Positions 1 to 9,696 of a stretch of 15,844 bases of DNA are shown piece after piece. Position 1 is the first letter of the stretch, and every line of letters starts with the position of its first letter. The notes under the pieces are model-generated. The model saw nothing but the letters and a program-made list of their open reading frames with translations, was not told the DNA's origin and searched no databases. Where the stretch lies: NCBI GenBank assembly GCA_964595665.1, contig CAZQQS010000013.1:1-15844 (forward strand), in the 5' to 3' direction. The position numbers and the translations under genes were made by a program. The DNA comes from an uncultured archaeon (GTDB lineage Archaea > Iainarchaeota > Iainarchaeia > Iainarchaeales > 0-14-0-20-30-16).

Positions 1-53
1 GGCTAAGTTGTAACAAGGTGTCCGTAGGTGAACCTGCGGACGGATCACCTCCT
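1..53 (+). rRNA. rrs: 16S (SSU) rRNA, 3'-terminal fragment; the window begins inside the gene
   Basis: AAGTTGTAACAAGGT, then the helix-45 hairpin GTCCGTAGG-TGAA-CCTGCGGAC, then the anti-Shine-Dalgarno end GGATCACCTCCT at 42-53. The exact 3' end is uncertain by 2 nt. Confidence 0.9.
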
Positions 54-57
54 TTAT

Positions 58-77
58 AGAGGGCCTTCGGGCCCTCT
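58..77 (+). other. GC-rich hairpin in the spacer: 8-bp stem AGAGGGCC/GGCCCTCT with a TTCG loop
   Basis: Perfect complementarity of 58-65 with 70-77 and a UUCG tetraloop at 66-69. It starts 4 nt after the 16S 3' end. A smaller hairpin, CGGTTT-GAGA-AAACCG, lies at 230-245 just after the tRNA. Confidence 0.5.
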
Positions 78-155
78 CAAATCTTTAAAAACCTTTTACA
101 TGCAATCGTGTGTATTAATTAACTAATTATTCTTTACATTACTAATCTAAATCTT

Positions 156-228
156 GGGCTCATGGCTCAATTGGTAGAGCGCTCGCTTTGCAAGCGAGAG
201 GTTCCGGGTTCAATTCCCGGTGAGTCCA
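156..228 (+). tRNA. tRNA-Ala (anticodon TGC) in the 16S-23S spacer; CCA not encoded
   Basis: The sequence folds as a cloverleaf. Acceptor GGGCTCA/TGAGTCC includes the G3:U70 alanine identity pair. D arm is GCTC-AATTGGTA-GAGC. Anticodon arm is CTCGC-TTTGCAA-GCGAG. T arm is CCGGG-TTCAATT-CCCGG. Discriminator is A228. Confidence 0.95.
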
Positions 229-306
229 TCGGTTTGAGAAAACCGTTGAAAAAAAGCTTAAGCAATTCAGGTTTTTCTGATTTGTTTTCTAGCAATATAT
301 TTATTG

Positions 307-334
307 CAATGATGGTTGTATAAGTGTCGACTTG
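307..334 (+). other. 5' strand of the 23S rRNA processing helix
   Basis: CAATGATGGTTGTATAAGTGTCGACTTG pairs with 3357-3384 over 28 contiguous positions (26 Watson-Crick pairs and 2 G-U). Confidence 0.85.
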
Positions 335-399
335 GTCTTTTATAATGGGCAACTATTGTAAAAGAATTTAAAAAACTAAACTAAGTAAAAAAATATGAT

Positions 400-3338
<2,939 letters not shown>

Positions 3339-3356
3339 CATATTACTTAAAAGTTT

Positions 3357-3384
3357 CAAGTTGACACTTATACAACCATCGTTG
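3357..3384 (+). other. 3' strand of the 23S rRNA processing helix
   Basis: CAAGTTGACACTTATACAACCATCGTTG is the reverse complement of 307-334 apart from two G-U positions. Confidence 0.85.
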
Positions 3385-3408
3385 TTATAATACTTTTTTT
3401 TATAACAA
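3382..3408 (+). terminator. AT-rich hairpin with a T-run at the end of the rRNA transcription unit; possible terminator
   Basis: TTGTTATAA (3382-3390) pairs with TTATAACAA (3400-3408) around a T-rich loop. It overlaps the last bases of the processing helix. Function is inferred only. Confidence 0.3.
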
Positions 3409-3484
3409 TTTTCTCATTTATTTCTTTACTACATAATAGTATTCTGTTAAATAATAATGTTTTTAAATCTTTTTGTACTATATG

Positions 3485-3501
3485 TGTATATTAAATATAC
3501 A
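3485..3501. promoter_or_regulatory. 17-bp palindrome TGTATATT-A-AATATACA; putative TATA box and operator of the RHH/RelE module
   Basis: It is a perfect palindrome centred on base 3493, 26 nt upstream of the ATG at 3519. That is the usual archaeal TATA-to-start-site distance, so the mRNA may be leaderless. There is no SD sequence. Confidence 0.45.
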
Positions 3502-3518
3502 TTTAGTGAGTTGATAGT

Positions 3519-3782
3519 ATGAATATTAATTTGAAATTAACGGGTGTTCCTGAAAGAGCAATTGATCAATTTATTGATATGGGTTTTGCATCTAGTAAAA
3601 CTGAAGCAATTAGATTTGCCATATTACGAACTTTGGAAGACATTAAGAAACAAGAAAAAGAAAATGAATTAGTTATTAGAAAAATGCAACAAATTGATAA
3701 AGAAATTGCAGACGGAAAAAGAAAAGTATATACTTTAGATGAAGCAATACAAGAATGTCCTGAGTTAAAAGAGTTGGCATAA
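3519..3782 (+). CDS. Ribbon-helix-helix (CopG/RelB-like) antitoxin, 87 aa
   Basis: The N-terminus has an RHH pattern: strand INLKL, helix ERAIDQFIDMG, helix SKTEAIRFAILRTL. It sits 2 nt upstream of a RelE-like ORF, and its C-terminal half is charged. Confidence 0.7.
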   Translation: MNINLKLTGVPERAIDQFIDMGFASSKTEAIRFAILRTLEDIKKQEKENELVIRKMQQIDKEIADGKRKVYTLDEAIQECPELKELA

Positions 3783-3784
3783 CA

Positions 3785-4045
3785 ATGTATGAAATTGTTT
3801 TTGATAAAGACTGGTTTAAATATTGGAAAAAAATTCCTCAAAATTTACACCCCCAACTTTTAAATAAAATGAAAGAATTGAAAGAAGAAAAAACATTTAG
3901 ACATTTGAAATTTGGTTTACCTTATTTTGTATTAGAGTTTGGACAATATAGAGTTTGTTTTAAAGAAAAAGATAATGTTAGAACATTATATTTTGTTGGA
4001 GATCATAAAGAATATGAAAAATGGTATTCTTCTATTTTAGATTAA
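3785..4045 (+). CDS. RelE/ParE-superfamily toxin, 86 aa
   Basis: Its size and the C-terminal pattern FGQYRVCFKEKDNVRTLYFVGDHKEYEKWY resemble archaeal RelE (..YRVIY..). It is tightly coupled to the upstream RHH gene. Confidence 0.7.
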   Translation: MYEIVFDKDWFKYWKKIPQNLHPQLLNKMKELKEEKTFRHLKFGLPYFVLEFGQYRVCFKEKDNVRTLYFVGDHKEYEKWYSSILD

Positions 4046-4140
4046 ACTTAATTAAAAAAATAAAAAAAGAGAAAGAATACCCTATGGGCATTTTTCTTTT
4101 GGTAAACTTAAGCTTTTCTTTCTTAAAGAAAAGGATAGGC

Positions 4141-4518
4141 TTATAGCTTAACTATTTTTAAGTTTTCAACAACAGGGATAGGCCATTTTTCTTTATTCAT
4201 AGCTTTTATTATTGCAATAATGCTTAATATTACGAACAAAACGTATAATACGTTCCCTATAATTCCAAATACAAATAATATTGAAAATATTGAATCTAAT
4301 ATTGCAAATATAATTGCTAAAATTACTTCAATAATAAATAAATTTAAACCTTGTTGCATATGGAAATTTATAAACTCATTTCTTTTCTTTTTTTCAATTG
4401 ATAATAAAGGAATTAAAACTAGGAATCCTAAATAAGATAGAACTGCAGTCATAGTTTCATTACTATCTAATCCTTTATTAGCTGTTTTAGCTGTTTTAGT
4501 ATTGTTTTTAGTAACCAT
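4141..4518 (-). CDS. Small integral membrane protein, DUF4870-like, 125 aa
   Basis: LSYLGFLVLIPLLS..KK.RNEFINFHMQQGLNLFI, followed by two more hydrophobic helices, matches the DUF4870 pattern from memory. AGGTGAT lies 4 nt before the ATG on the minus strand. Confidence 0.65.
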   Translation of the reverse strand: MVTKNNTKTAKTANKGLDSNETMTAVLSYLGFLVLIPLLSIEKKKRNEFINFHMQQGLNLFIIEVILAIIFAILDSIFSILFVFGIIGNVLYVLFVILSIIAIIKAMNKEKWPIPVVENLKIVKL

Positions 4519-4574
4519 AATATCACCTGATATATTATAGAAACGATATTTAAAAACCTTTTGTTGTTTTTAAT

Positions 4575-5123
4575 ATGCTTTTTGTATATAATATTTATTT
4601 ATGGAGTTTTTTATTTTTTATTCCAATAATATTCAAATATTTTGATTTTCATAATTTAAAATCTAAAAATTTTTTTAAATATTTATTAACAGAATTTGGG
4701 TTTTTGAAAAAGATAAATTTTAAAGTTATTGGTTATGCTTTAATTTTAAGTCTTGGATTATTTGGGTTAAATTTATTAATTTCATATTTTAGTTTAGTAT
4801 TAGGTTTGGATTTGCAAAACATAACTCTAAATCCAATATTATTAACTAATCCATTTTTTTATATTTGCTTATTAATATTTGCTGCTTTTTTTGAAGAATT
4901 ATTTTTTAGAGCGTTTTTAACAGAAAAATTTGGAATAATTTTTTCGAGCATTATTTTTGGAATAATGCATTATGCTTATGGGTCTTATGTGCAAGTAATT
5001 GGTTCAATTATTTTAGGATTAATATTAGCATATGCTTGGAAAAAGAGTAAAAATTTTTATATAGTTTATTTTGCACATTTATTACAAAACATTTATTCGG
5101 TAATATTAATAATAAGTTTTTAA
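4575..5123 (+). CDS. CPBP-family (CAAX/Abi) intramembrane glutamic protease, 182 aa
   Basis: All three family motifs are present: EELFFRAFL (EExxxR), FGIMH (FxxxH) and HLLQN (HxxxN). The protein is polytopic and hydrophobic. Confidence 0.85.
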   Translation: MLFVYNIYLWSFLFFIPIIFKYFDFHNLKSKNFFKYLLTEFGFLKKINFKVIGYALILSLGLFGLNLLISYFSLVLGLDLQNITLNPILLTNPFFYICLLIFAAFFEELFFRAFLTEKFGIIFSSIIFGIMHYAYGSYVQVIGSIILGLILAYAWKKSKNFYIVYFAHLLQNIYSVILIISF

Positions 5124-5243
5124 TTATCTTAATTCAAAAGTAGTTTTTGGATTTATTTTAGATTTATCAAAATTAAACCTATTTTTAGATTTTAATTTTA
5201 GTTTTAAGTTTCTTTCAAAAAACATTTCTGGTCTAGCAGGCAT
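5124..5243 (-). CDS. Unannotated 39-codon ORF (MPARPEMFFERNLKLKLKSKNRFNFDKSKINPKTTFELR); hypothetical small basic protein
   Basis: I translated it by hand from the minus strand (ATG = complement of 5241-5243, TAA = complement of 5124-5126). It fills the gap between the CPBP gene and kae1. Its ATG is 26.5 nt from the centre of a palindromic TATA element. I recognise no homolog, and a K-rich ORF can arise by chance in AT-rich DNA. Confidence 0.3.
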   Translation of the reverse strand: MPARPEMFFERNLKLKLKSKNRFNFDKSKINPKTTFELR

Positions 5244-5263
5244 ACTTAATATTACTTAATATA

Positions 5264-5275
5264 TATTTATAAATA
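5264..5275. promoter_or_regulatory. Palindromic TATA element TATTTATAAATA; putative bidirectional promoter
   Basis: It is a perfect 12-bp palindrome centred at 5269.5. The kae1 ATG (5296) and the minus-strand ATG (5243) are each exactly 26.5 nt from that centre. Neither gene has an SD sequence. Confidence 0.45.
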
Positions 5276-5295
5276 AATGCACTATTTTTTAATTT

Positions 5296-6282
5296 ATGGA
5301 AAAGTTTATTTTAGGAATTGAAAGTACAGCTCATACTTTTGGTATAGGAATAATAACTTCTAAAGGCAAAGTTTTAGCTAATGAAAGAGATACTTTGAAA
5401 GTTTTAGATGGCGGTTTTTTACCAAGAAATGCTGCCGAACATCATTATGCTTTAGCGAGTGATATGTTAGAAATCGCATTAAAAAAAGCTGATTTGAAAT
5501 TAAAAGATATTTCCTTAATATCATTTTCGCAAAGCCCAGGAATAGGTCAATGTTTGCAAGCTGGAGCTTGTTTTGCAAGATATTTATCTTTATTAACTAA
5601 AAAGCCATTAATAGGCGTAAATCATTGTTTAGCACATATTGAAATTGGTAAGTTAACTACTAATTTAGAAGATCCATTATCAATTTTTGTTTCTGGTGCA
5701 AACACTCAAATAATTGCTTTTAAAAATAATTATTATAGAGTTTATGGTGAAACTCAGGATATAGGTTTGGGAAATGCTTTAGATCAATTTGGTAGAGCAT
5801 TAAATATTCCTTTTCCTGCTGGTCCTATTTTAGATAAAAAATATTTTGAAGGTTCAAAATATATTCCTTTACCATATACTATAAAAGGTATGGATTTATC
5901 TTTTTCTGGTATATTAACTTCTGCAAAAATGAAGTTAGGAAAAGTAAATGAAAATGATTTAATTTATAGTTATTTACACACTTTGTATGCAATGCTTTTA
6001 GAAGTTGTAGAACGAGCTTTGTATTATGCAAAGAAAAAAGAAGTAATGGTTGTTGGAGGAGTTGCAGCATCAAAAGCTTTAAGAACTATGTTAGAATCTT
6101 TAGCAACTCAAAGAAATATAAAATTGGGCTTTGTACCTTTAGAATTTGCTGGAGATAATGGTGCAATGATTGCTTGGCAGGGTTACTTGCAATATTACAA
6201 AGGAAAAGAAAAACAAACTTTAAAAGAAACAAAATGTGATCCAAATAAAAGATTAGATTCAATTAAGATAACTTATATTTAG
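5296..6282 (+). CDS. kae1: tRNA N6-adenosine threonylcarbamoyltransferase Kae1 (KEOPS catalytic subunit), 328 aa; not fused to Bud32
   Basis: GIESTAHTFGIGI at the N-terminus, the metal-binding motif NHCLAHIE, VSGANTQ, and GDNGAMIA near the C-terminus. Confidence 0.92.
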   Translation: MEKFILGIESTAHTFGIGIITSKGKVLANERDTLKVLDGGFLPRNAAEHHYALASDMLEIALKKADLKLKDISLISFSQSPGIGQCLQAGACFARYLSLLTKKPLIGVNHCLAHIEIGKLTTNLEDPLSIFVSGANTQIIAFKNNYYRVYGETQDIGLGNALDQFGRALNIPFPAGPILDKKYFEGSKYIPLPYTIKGMDLSFSGILTSAKMKLGKVNENDLIYSYLHTLYAMLLEVVERALYYAKKKEVMVVGGVAASKALRTMLESLATQRNIKLGFVPLEFAGDNGAMIAWQGYLQYYKGKEKQTLKETKCDPNKRLDSIKITYI

Positions 6283-6308
6283 TGAATTTTCATTTTCCAA
6301 TATTTTTA

Positions 6309-6683
6309 TCAATTAAATAATTCTTTTAATCTTTCTTTTATTTCGCGAATTTTATTATTTTTTACTTTTCCTATTTTTTGGCTAATTATATTTTTTTCGA
6401 TAGTCATTATAAATGCACAATTTATAATTGACCTTTTTAATAATTCCCCTTGTTCTAAATCATTATTTTCTAAATTGATATCTAAAGGTAGATTATGTCC
6501 AATAGATGTAATTTTTAATGCAATTATATCTGGGTATTTTGAATTAAAATCATTATTACTTATAATTATTGCAGGTCTTAATTTAGATTCTGATAAATTA
6601 GAAAATGGTACCGGTAATATAATAATGTCTCCTTGTTCATATTTTGAATAATTCACGAGCATCATCCCAGTTATCTGAAGCAT
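6309..6683 (-). CDS. mazF: MazF/PemK-family endoribonuclease toxin, up to 124 aa; the start may be an internal ATG at 6665 or 6662
   Basis: GDIIILPVPFSNLSESKLRPAIIISN is the typical PemK/MazF N-terminal motif. Every candidate start overlaps the 3' end of the upstream antitoxin gene. Confidence 0.8.
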   Translation of the reverse strand: MLQITGMMLVNYSKYEQGDIIILPVPFSNLSESKLRPAIIISNNDFNSKYPDIIALKITSIGHNLPLDINLENNDLEQGELLKRSIINCAFIMTIEKNIISQKIGKVKNNKIREIKERLKELFN

Positions 6684-6834
6684 TATTTAATAATTCTTTT
6701 TTTAATTCATAATCTTCTATTTCTCTTAATTTCATTATTACTGCAGATCGCATAATTTCAGTCCATTTAATTTGTGAATGTTTTTTCATTAATAAATAAT
6801 ACTCTTCAGGCATAGATAATGTAATATTAGTCAT
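6637..6834 (-). CDS. Cognate RHH-like antitoxin, 65 aa
   Basis: It has a strand-helix-helix pattern (NITLSMPEEYYLLMKKH...WTEIMRSAVIMKL). It lies upstream of and overlaps mazF. AAGGTGAT lies 3 nt before the ATG on the minus strand. Confidence 0.65.
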   Translation of the reverse strand: MTNITLSMPEEYYLLMKKHSQIKWTEIMRSAVIMKLREIEDYELKKELLNNASDNWDDARELFKI

Positions 6835-6863
6835 ATAATCACCTTATATAAGTACAATAAGGA

Positions 6864-6879
6864 ATATATTTAAATATAT
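6864..6879. promoter_or_regulatory. 16-bp perfect palindrome ATATATTTAAATATAT; putative TATA box and operator of the RHH/MazF module
   Basis: It is fully self-complementary and lies 30-45 nt upstream of the antitoxin ATG (6834, minus strand). Its core resembles the palindrome at 3485-3501. Confidence 0.4.
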
Positions 6880-6889
6880 CTTTTTATTT

Positions 6890-7438
6890 TTAAATTTTGT
6901 CAAATAAAATATCATATTCTTTTTTGTTTTTCTTTTTTATTTCTGCTTTTGTTAAACCATCAAATTCATGAGGAAAAACTAACCAAGCATTAGTTTTGTG
7001 CAAATAAAAATCTGGGCAAATATTAGTAATATTATTTTTAGGTTTGTAATAAATTGTTGCAATTTTTATAATTGGATTTTTATTAGAATCTTTAATTTTA
7101 TCTACAATTGCATTTAATGTTTTTCCCGAATCAAAAATATCATCTACAATCAATAATTTAGTTTTTGAATTTAATTTTTTAATTAAATCTGGGAATTCTT
7201 CAATTTTTATTTTTGTTTGATTATTTATTCCTCTATAGGATTCGGTTCTTATTGCTTTATGAAATTTTATATCTTTTCCAGAATATCTGAATAATTCGTG
7301 AATTACTATCCCTACAGGAGTGCCTCCACGCCATAAAGCAATTAATATATCTGGAACAAAATTAGAATCTAAAATAGTTTTACCTAATTTTAAAGATTTT
7401 AAGTATAAAGTATTTGCATTAATAAACTTTTTTTCCAT
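6890..7438 (-). CDS. Purine (hypoxanthine/xanthine-guanine type) phosphoribosyltransferase, 182 aa
   Basis: The PRPP-binding loop is LLIVDDIFDSGKTL. The C-terminal NAWLVFPHE resembles the Gpt/COG2236 ending (W..PW). Confidence 0.8.
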   Translation of the reverse strand: MEKKFINANTLYLKSLKLGKTILDSNFVPDILIALWRGGTPVGIVIHELFRYSGKDIKFHKAIRTESYRGINNQTKIKIEEFPDLIKKLNSKTKLLIVDDIFDSGKTLNAIVDKIKDSNKNPIIKIATIYYKPKNNITNICPDFYLHKTNAWLVFPHEFDGLTKAEIKKKNKKEYDILFDKI

Positions 7439-7507
7439 ATTAATAAAACCTATTCCTTTATTAAGCTTTTTTCATTTTATAATTATTATATTTAAAAAGG
7501 TGATTTG

Positions 7508-8203
7508 ATGGGTGCAAGAGTACCAAAAAAAATTGGAAACAATAGAAACGGTAATGGTGTAATAAAGAATGGTAATGGAAATGGCGCTAAAAGAAATGGG
7601 GATGTATCTAAACCAGTTGCAAGATCAAGAGAACCAACAGCTAAACCAATAAAACCAGAAAATGGTTTAAAAAATGGTAAAACTGGTAAGACATTAAGTC
7701 CTCAAGAATCAAGAAAACCAAGAATAAATGAAATATTACAAAAAAAAGGTCCTTTAACAGATGAACAATTAGAAGCATTAAAAGAACATTTATTAAGAGT
7801 AAGAAGAGCAAAAGAAGCTGAAGAAAGAAGAAGAGTTGCTCAAGAAAAAAAACAAAGAGAAGCTTTGGAAGAATTGCGAAAACAAAGAGATTTAGAGGAA
7901 TCTACTGAAAAAGATGGAGTATATGGACAAAAACCTAAAAAAGTAACTAATATAAGGCCAAAAATTGGAGGCAAATATAAATTAGATGAAGCTGTTCAAG
8001 ATATTTTAAGAGATTTTGAACATATGAAATTAAAACCTAAAGAAAAACAACTTTATGAGGGATTATCTTTAGAAGATAAAGTAGAATTTATTTATCAAAA
8101 AGTTATAAAAGAATCAAATGTTGCTGACTTTTTAGCAAGTATTGAAAGTGTAGATTTAGCAGAAATGGCTATAAAAAGAGAAATTAAAGCATTCTTAAGA
8201 TGA
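7508..8203 (+). CDS. Hypothetical basic protein, 231 aa: N/G/K-rich disordered N-terminus, charged coiled coil, small helical C-terminal domain
   Basis: The ORF is long and has GGTGAT 5 nt before ATG 7508. The track start at TTG 7505 is less likely. I recognise no motif. Low-complexity stretches include NGNGVIKNGNGNG and EAEERRRVAQEKKQREALEELRKQR. Confidence 0.6.
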   Translation: MGARVPKKIGNNRNGNGVIKNGNGNGAKRNGDVSKPVARSREPTAKPIKPENGLKNGKTGKTLSPQESRKPRINEILQKKGPLTDEQLEALKEHLLRVRRAKEAEERRRVAQEKKQREALEELRKQRDLEESTEKDGVYGQKPKKVTNIRPKIGGKYKLDEAVQDILRDFEHMKLKPKEKQLYEGLSLEDKVEFIYQKVIKESNVADFLASIESVDLAEMAIKREIKAFLR

Positions 8204-8273
8204 TTATCTTTATATATTTTTGGATGGTTTATAAATAAGATTATAATTAATAATATATTTATGGGGTGTTATA

Positions 8274-8681
8274 ATGGTAGGTATATTTGAAGTAGAAACT
8301 ATAGAGTCAAAATGGGTTCCTCCGTTTGATAAGAAAAATAGTTCAAACATATATTATGTTAAAGAAGGAGAATTATTTGATTTGGAAGAACATATTAATG
8401 AAGATGTTTTCATGTTAGATAGTTTAGCTGGAGATGTAGCAATAATAAAATATGATCGAAGATTTATTGTTAAAAAAGGAATTTATTCTGCAAATTTAGA
8501 TGTTTTAGGACCACAAACATTAAAATTACACATAAGTAAACCAGTAGAATTAAGTTTTATGTGGGGTAATTTTGGTATAACTAAAAAAATAACTTTTCAA
8601 GGTGTAGGTTCTGATAAGAAAGCTGAAAAAAAAGAAGCACCTGTTGAAAAAAAAGAATTTAGTCCTGAAGAATTTGCGTGA
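8274..8681 (+). CDS. Hypothetical protein, 135 aa, apparently beta-rich with a K/E-rich tail
   Basis: GGGGTG lies 5 nt before the ATG, and TTTATAAATA sits at 8228-8237. It is the first gene of a tightly spaced four-gene array. I recognise no motif. Confidence 0.6.
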   Translation: MVGIFEVETIESKWVPPFDKKNSSNIYYVKEGELFDLEEHINEDVFMLDSLAGDVAIIKYDRRFIVKKGIYSANLDVLGPQTLKLHISKPVELSFMWGNFGITKKITFQGVGSDKKAEKKEAPVEKKEFSPEEFA

Positions 8682-8685
8682 AATT

Positions 8686-9033
8686 ATGGAATATAAACAG
8701 GCAATAATAATTAGAAATGATTTGGGTATGAAAAAAGGAAAAATTGCTTCACAAGCAAGTCATGCCTCAATATCATCTTTTTTAAAAGCGCAACAAATGA
8801 ATTCCAATGCTTGTGATGAATGGTTACCATATCAAAAAAAAGTAGTTTTAAAAGTAAATTCTGAAAAAGAATTGTTAATTATTTTTGAAAAACTAAAAAA
8901 ATTATTACCCTGTGCATTAATTAAAGATGCGGGTAGAACTCAGATTGAACCGGGATCAATAACTGCTTTAGGAATTGGACCTGCATTAGAAAGCGAAATT
9001 GATAGATACACTAAAGATTTGAAATTATTGTGA
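8686..9033 (+). CDS. pth2: Peptidyl-tRNA hydrolase, archaeal/eukaryotic type (Pth2), 115 aa
   Basis: [28 protein letters not shown]...VVLKV...[21 protein letters not shown] is the Pth2 family signature. I chose ATG 8686. The track start, TTG 8644, would overlap the previous gene. Confidence 0.9.
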   Translation: MEYKQAIIIRNDLGMKKGKIASQASHASISSFLKAQQMNSNACDEWLPYQKKVVLKVNSEKELLIIFEKLKKLLPCALIKDAGRTQIEPGSITALGIGPALESEIDRYTKDLKLL

Positions 9034-9037
9034 GATT

Positions 9038-9691
9038 ATGGATTTTTTTGTTAGAAAAAAAATATTTTTATTTAGTTTAATTTTTCTAGGAATATTTTTT
9101 TTAATTGTTTTTACATCATTTTATTTTTCAAGCCCTGGCTTTTTAATTTCAAGTAATTTAGATTTAGATGGCGAAGAACCAATTTTATTAATAAATCTAA
9201 AGAATGATTCATTTCATGTAGTAGAAAATATTGCAATTGTTATTAATGATAAAAATATTGTTGAAAGTTTTAATTTATTGCCTGGAGATGTAAATCAATT
9301 TAAATTTGTTATTTTAGAGGAAAAAATTAATTTAAAAATAAATTCTAAAAATCATTTAGATTATGAAAAAGAATATACTTTAAAAGGCGCAATAAGTAAA
9401 AATAATTTAGAATTTTATCCAGAATATATTTTTAATAAAGTAAATGAATTATCTGAAATTAGTTTTGAGATTTGTAATACTAATTCAGAGATAGAAGTTG
9501 TTGTAGAATTAGAAACAGATGCAGAAATAAAATCTGGTTTTTTAAAGCAAGATATAAAATTATTAGTTGATGAATGTAAGATTTTAAATTATAGTTTATT
9601 GTACACTACAGAAGGAAATAAAAGAGTAAAGTTTAAAATCTATAATGATATATATTCTAAAGAGATAGTAATTAATGGTTTGGTTTCGTGA
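9038..9691 (+). CDS. Hypothetical membrane-anchored protein, 217 aa: N-terminal TM or signal anchor plus two beta-rich, Ig-like segments
   Basis: A hydrophobic stretch IFLFSLIFLGIFFLIVFTSFYF is followed by beta-strand-like repeats. It starts 4 nt after pth2. The domain assignment is inferred. Confidence 0.6.
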   Translation: MDFFVRKKIFLFSLIFLGIFFLIVFTSFYFSSPGFLISSNLDLDGEEPILLINLKNDSFHVVENIAIVINDKNIVESFNLLPGDVNQFKFVILEEKINLKINSKNHLDYEKEYTLKGAISKNNLEFYPEYIFNKVNELSEISFEICNTNSEIEVVVELETDAEIKSGFLKQDIKLLVDECKILNYSLLYTTEGNKRVKFKIYNDIYSKEIVINGLVS

Positions 9692-9696
9692 TATTT

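Noticed and set aside
3385-3518. I looked for a 5S rRNA downstream of the 23S.
   Set aside because: The segment is almost pure AT, with no 5S-like helices or GC-rich core. It holds only a hairpin and the TA promoter.
4085-4147. A 20-codon hydrophobic ORF (MGIFLLVNLSFSFLKKRIGL) and weak hairpins lie between the convergent relE-like gene and the DUF4870-like gene.
   Set aside because: It is too short and has no promoter or SD support. The weak A/U-rich hairpins and T-runs there look more like termination signals, but they are too weak to annotate.
8644-8685. The track gives a TTG start at 8644 for Pth2, which would make a 38-nt overlap with the upstream gene.
   Set aside because: The extra 14 residues are not part of the Pth2 family. 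ATG 8686 ([12 protein letters not shown]...) matches the usual Pth2 N-terminus and lies 4 nt after the upstream stop.
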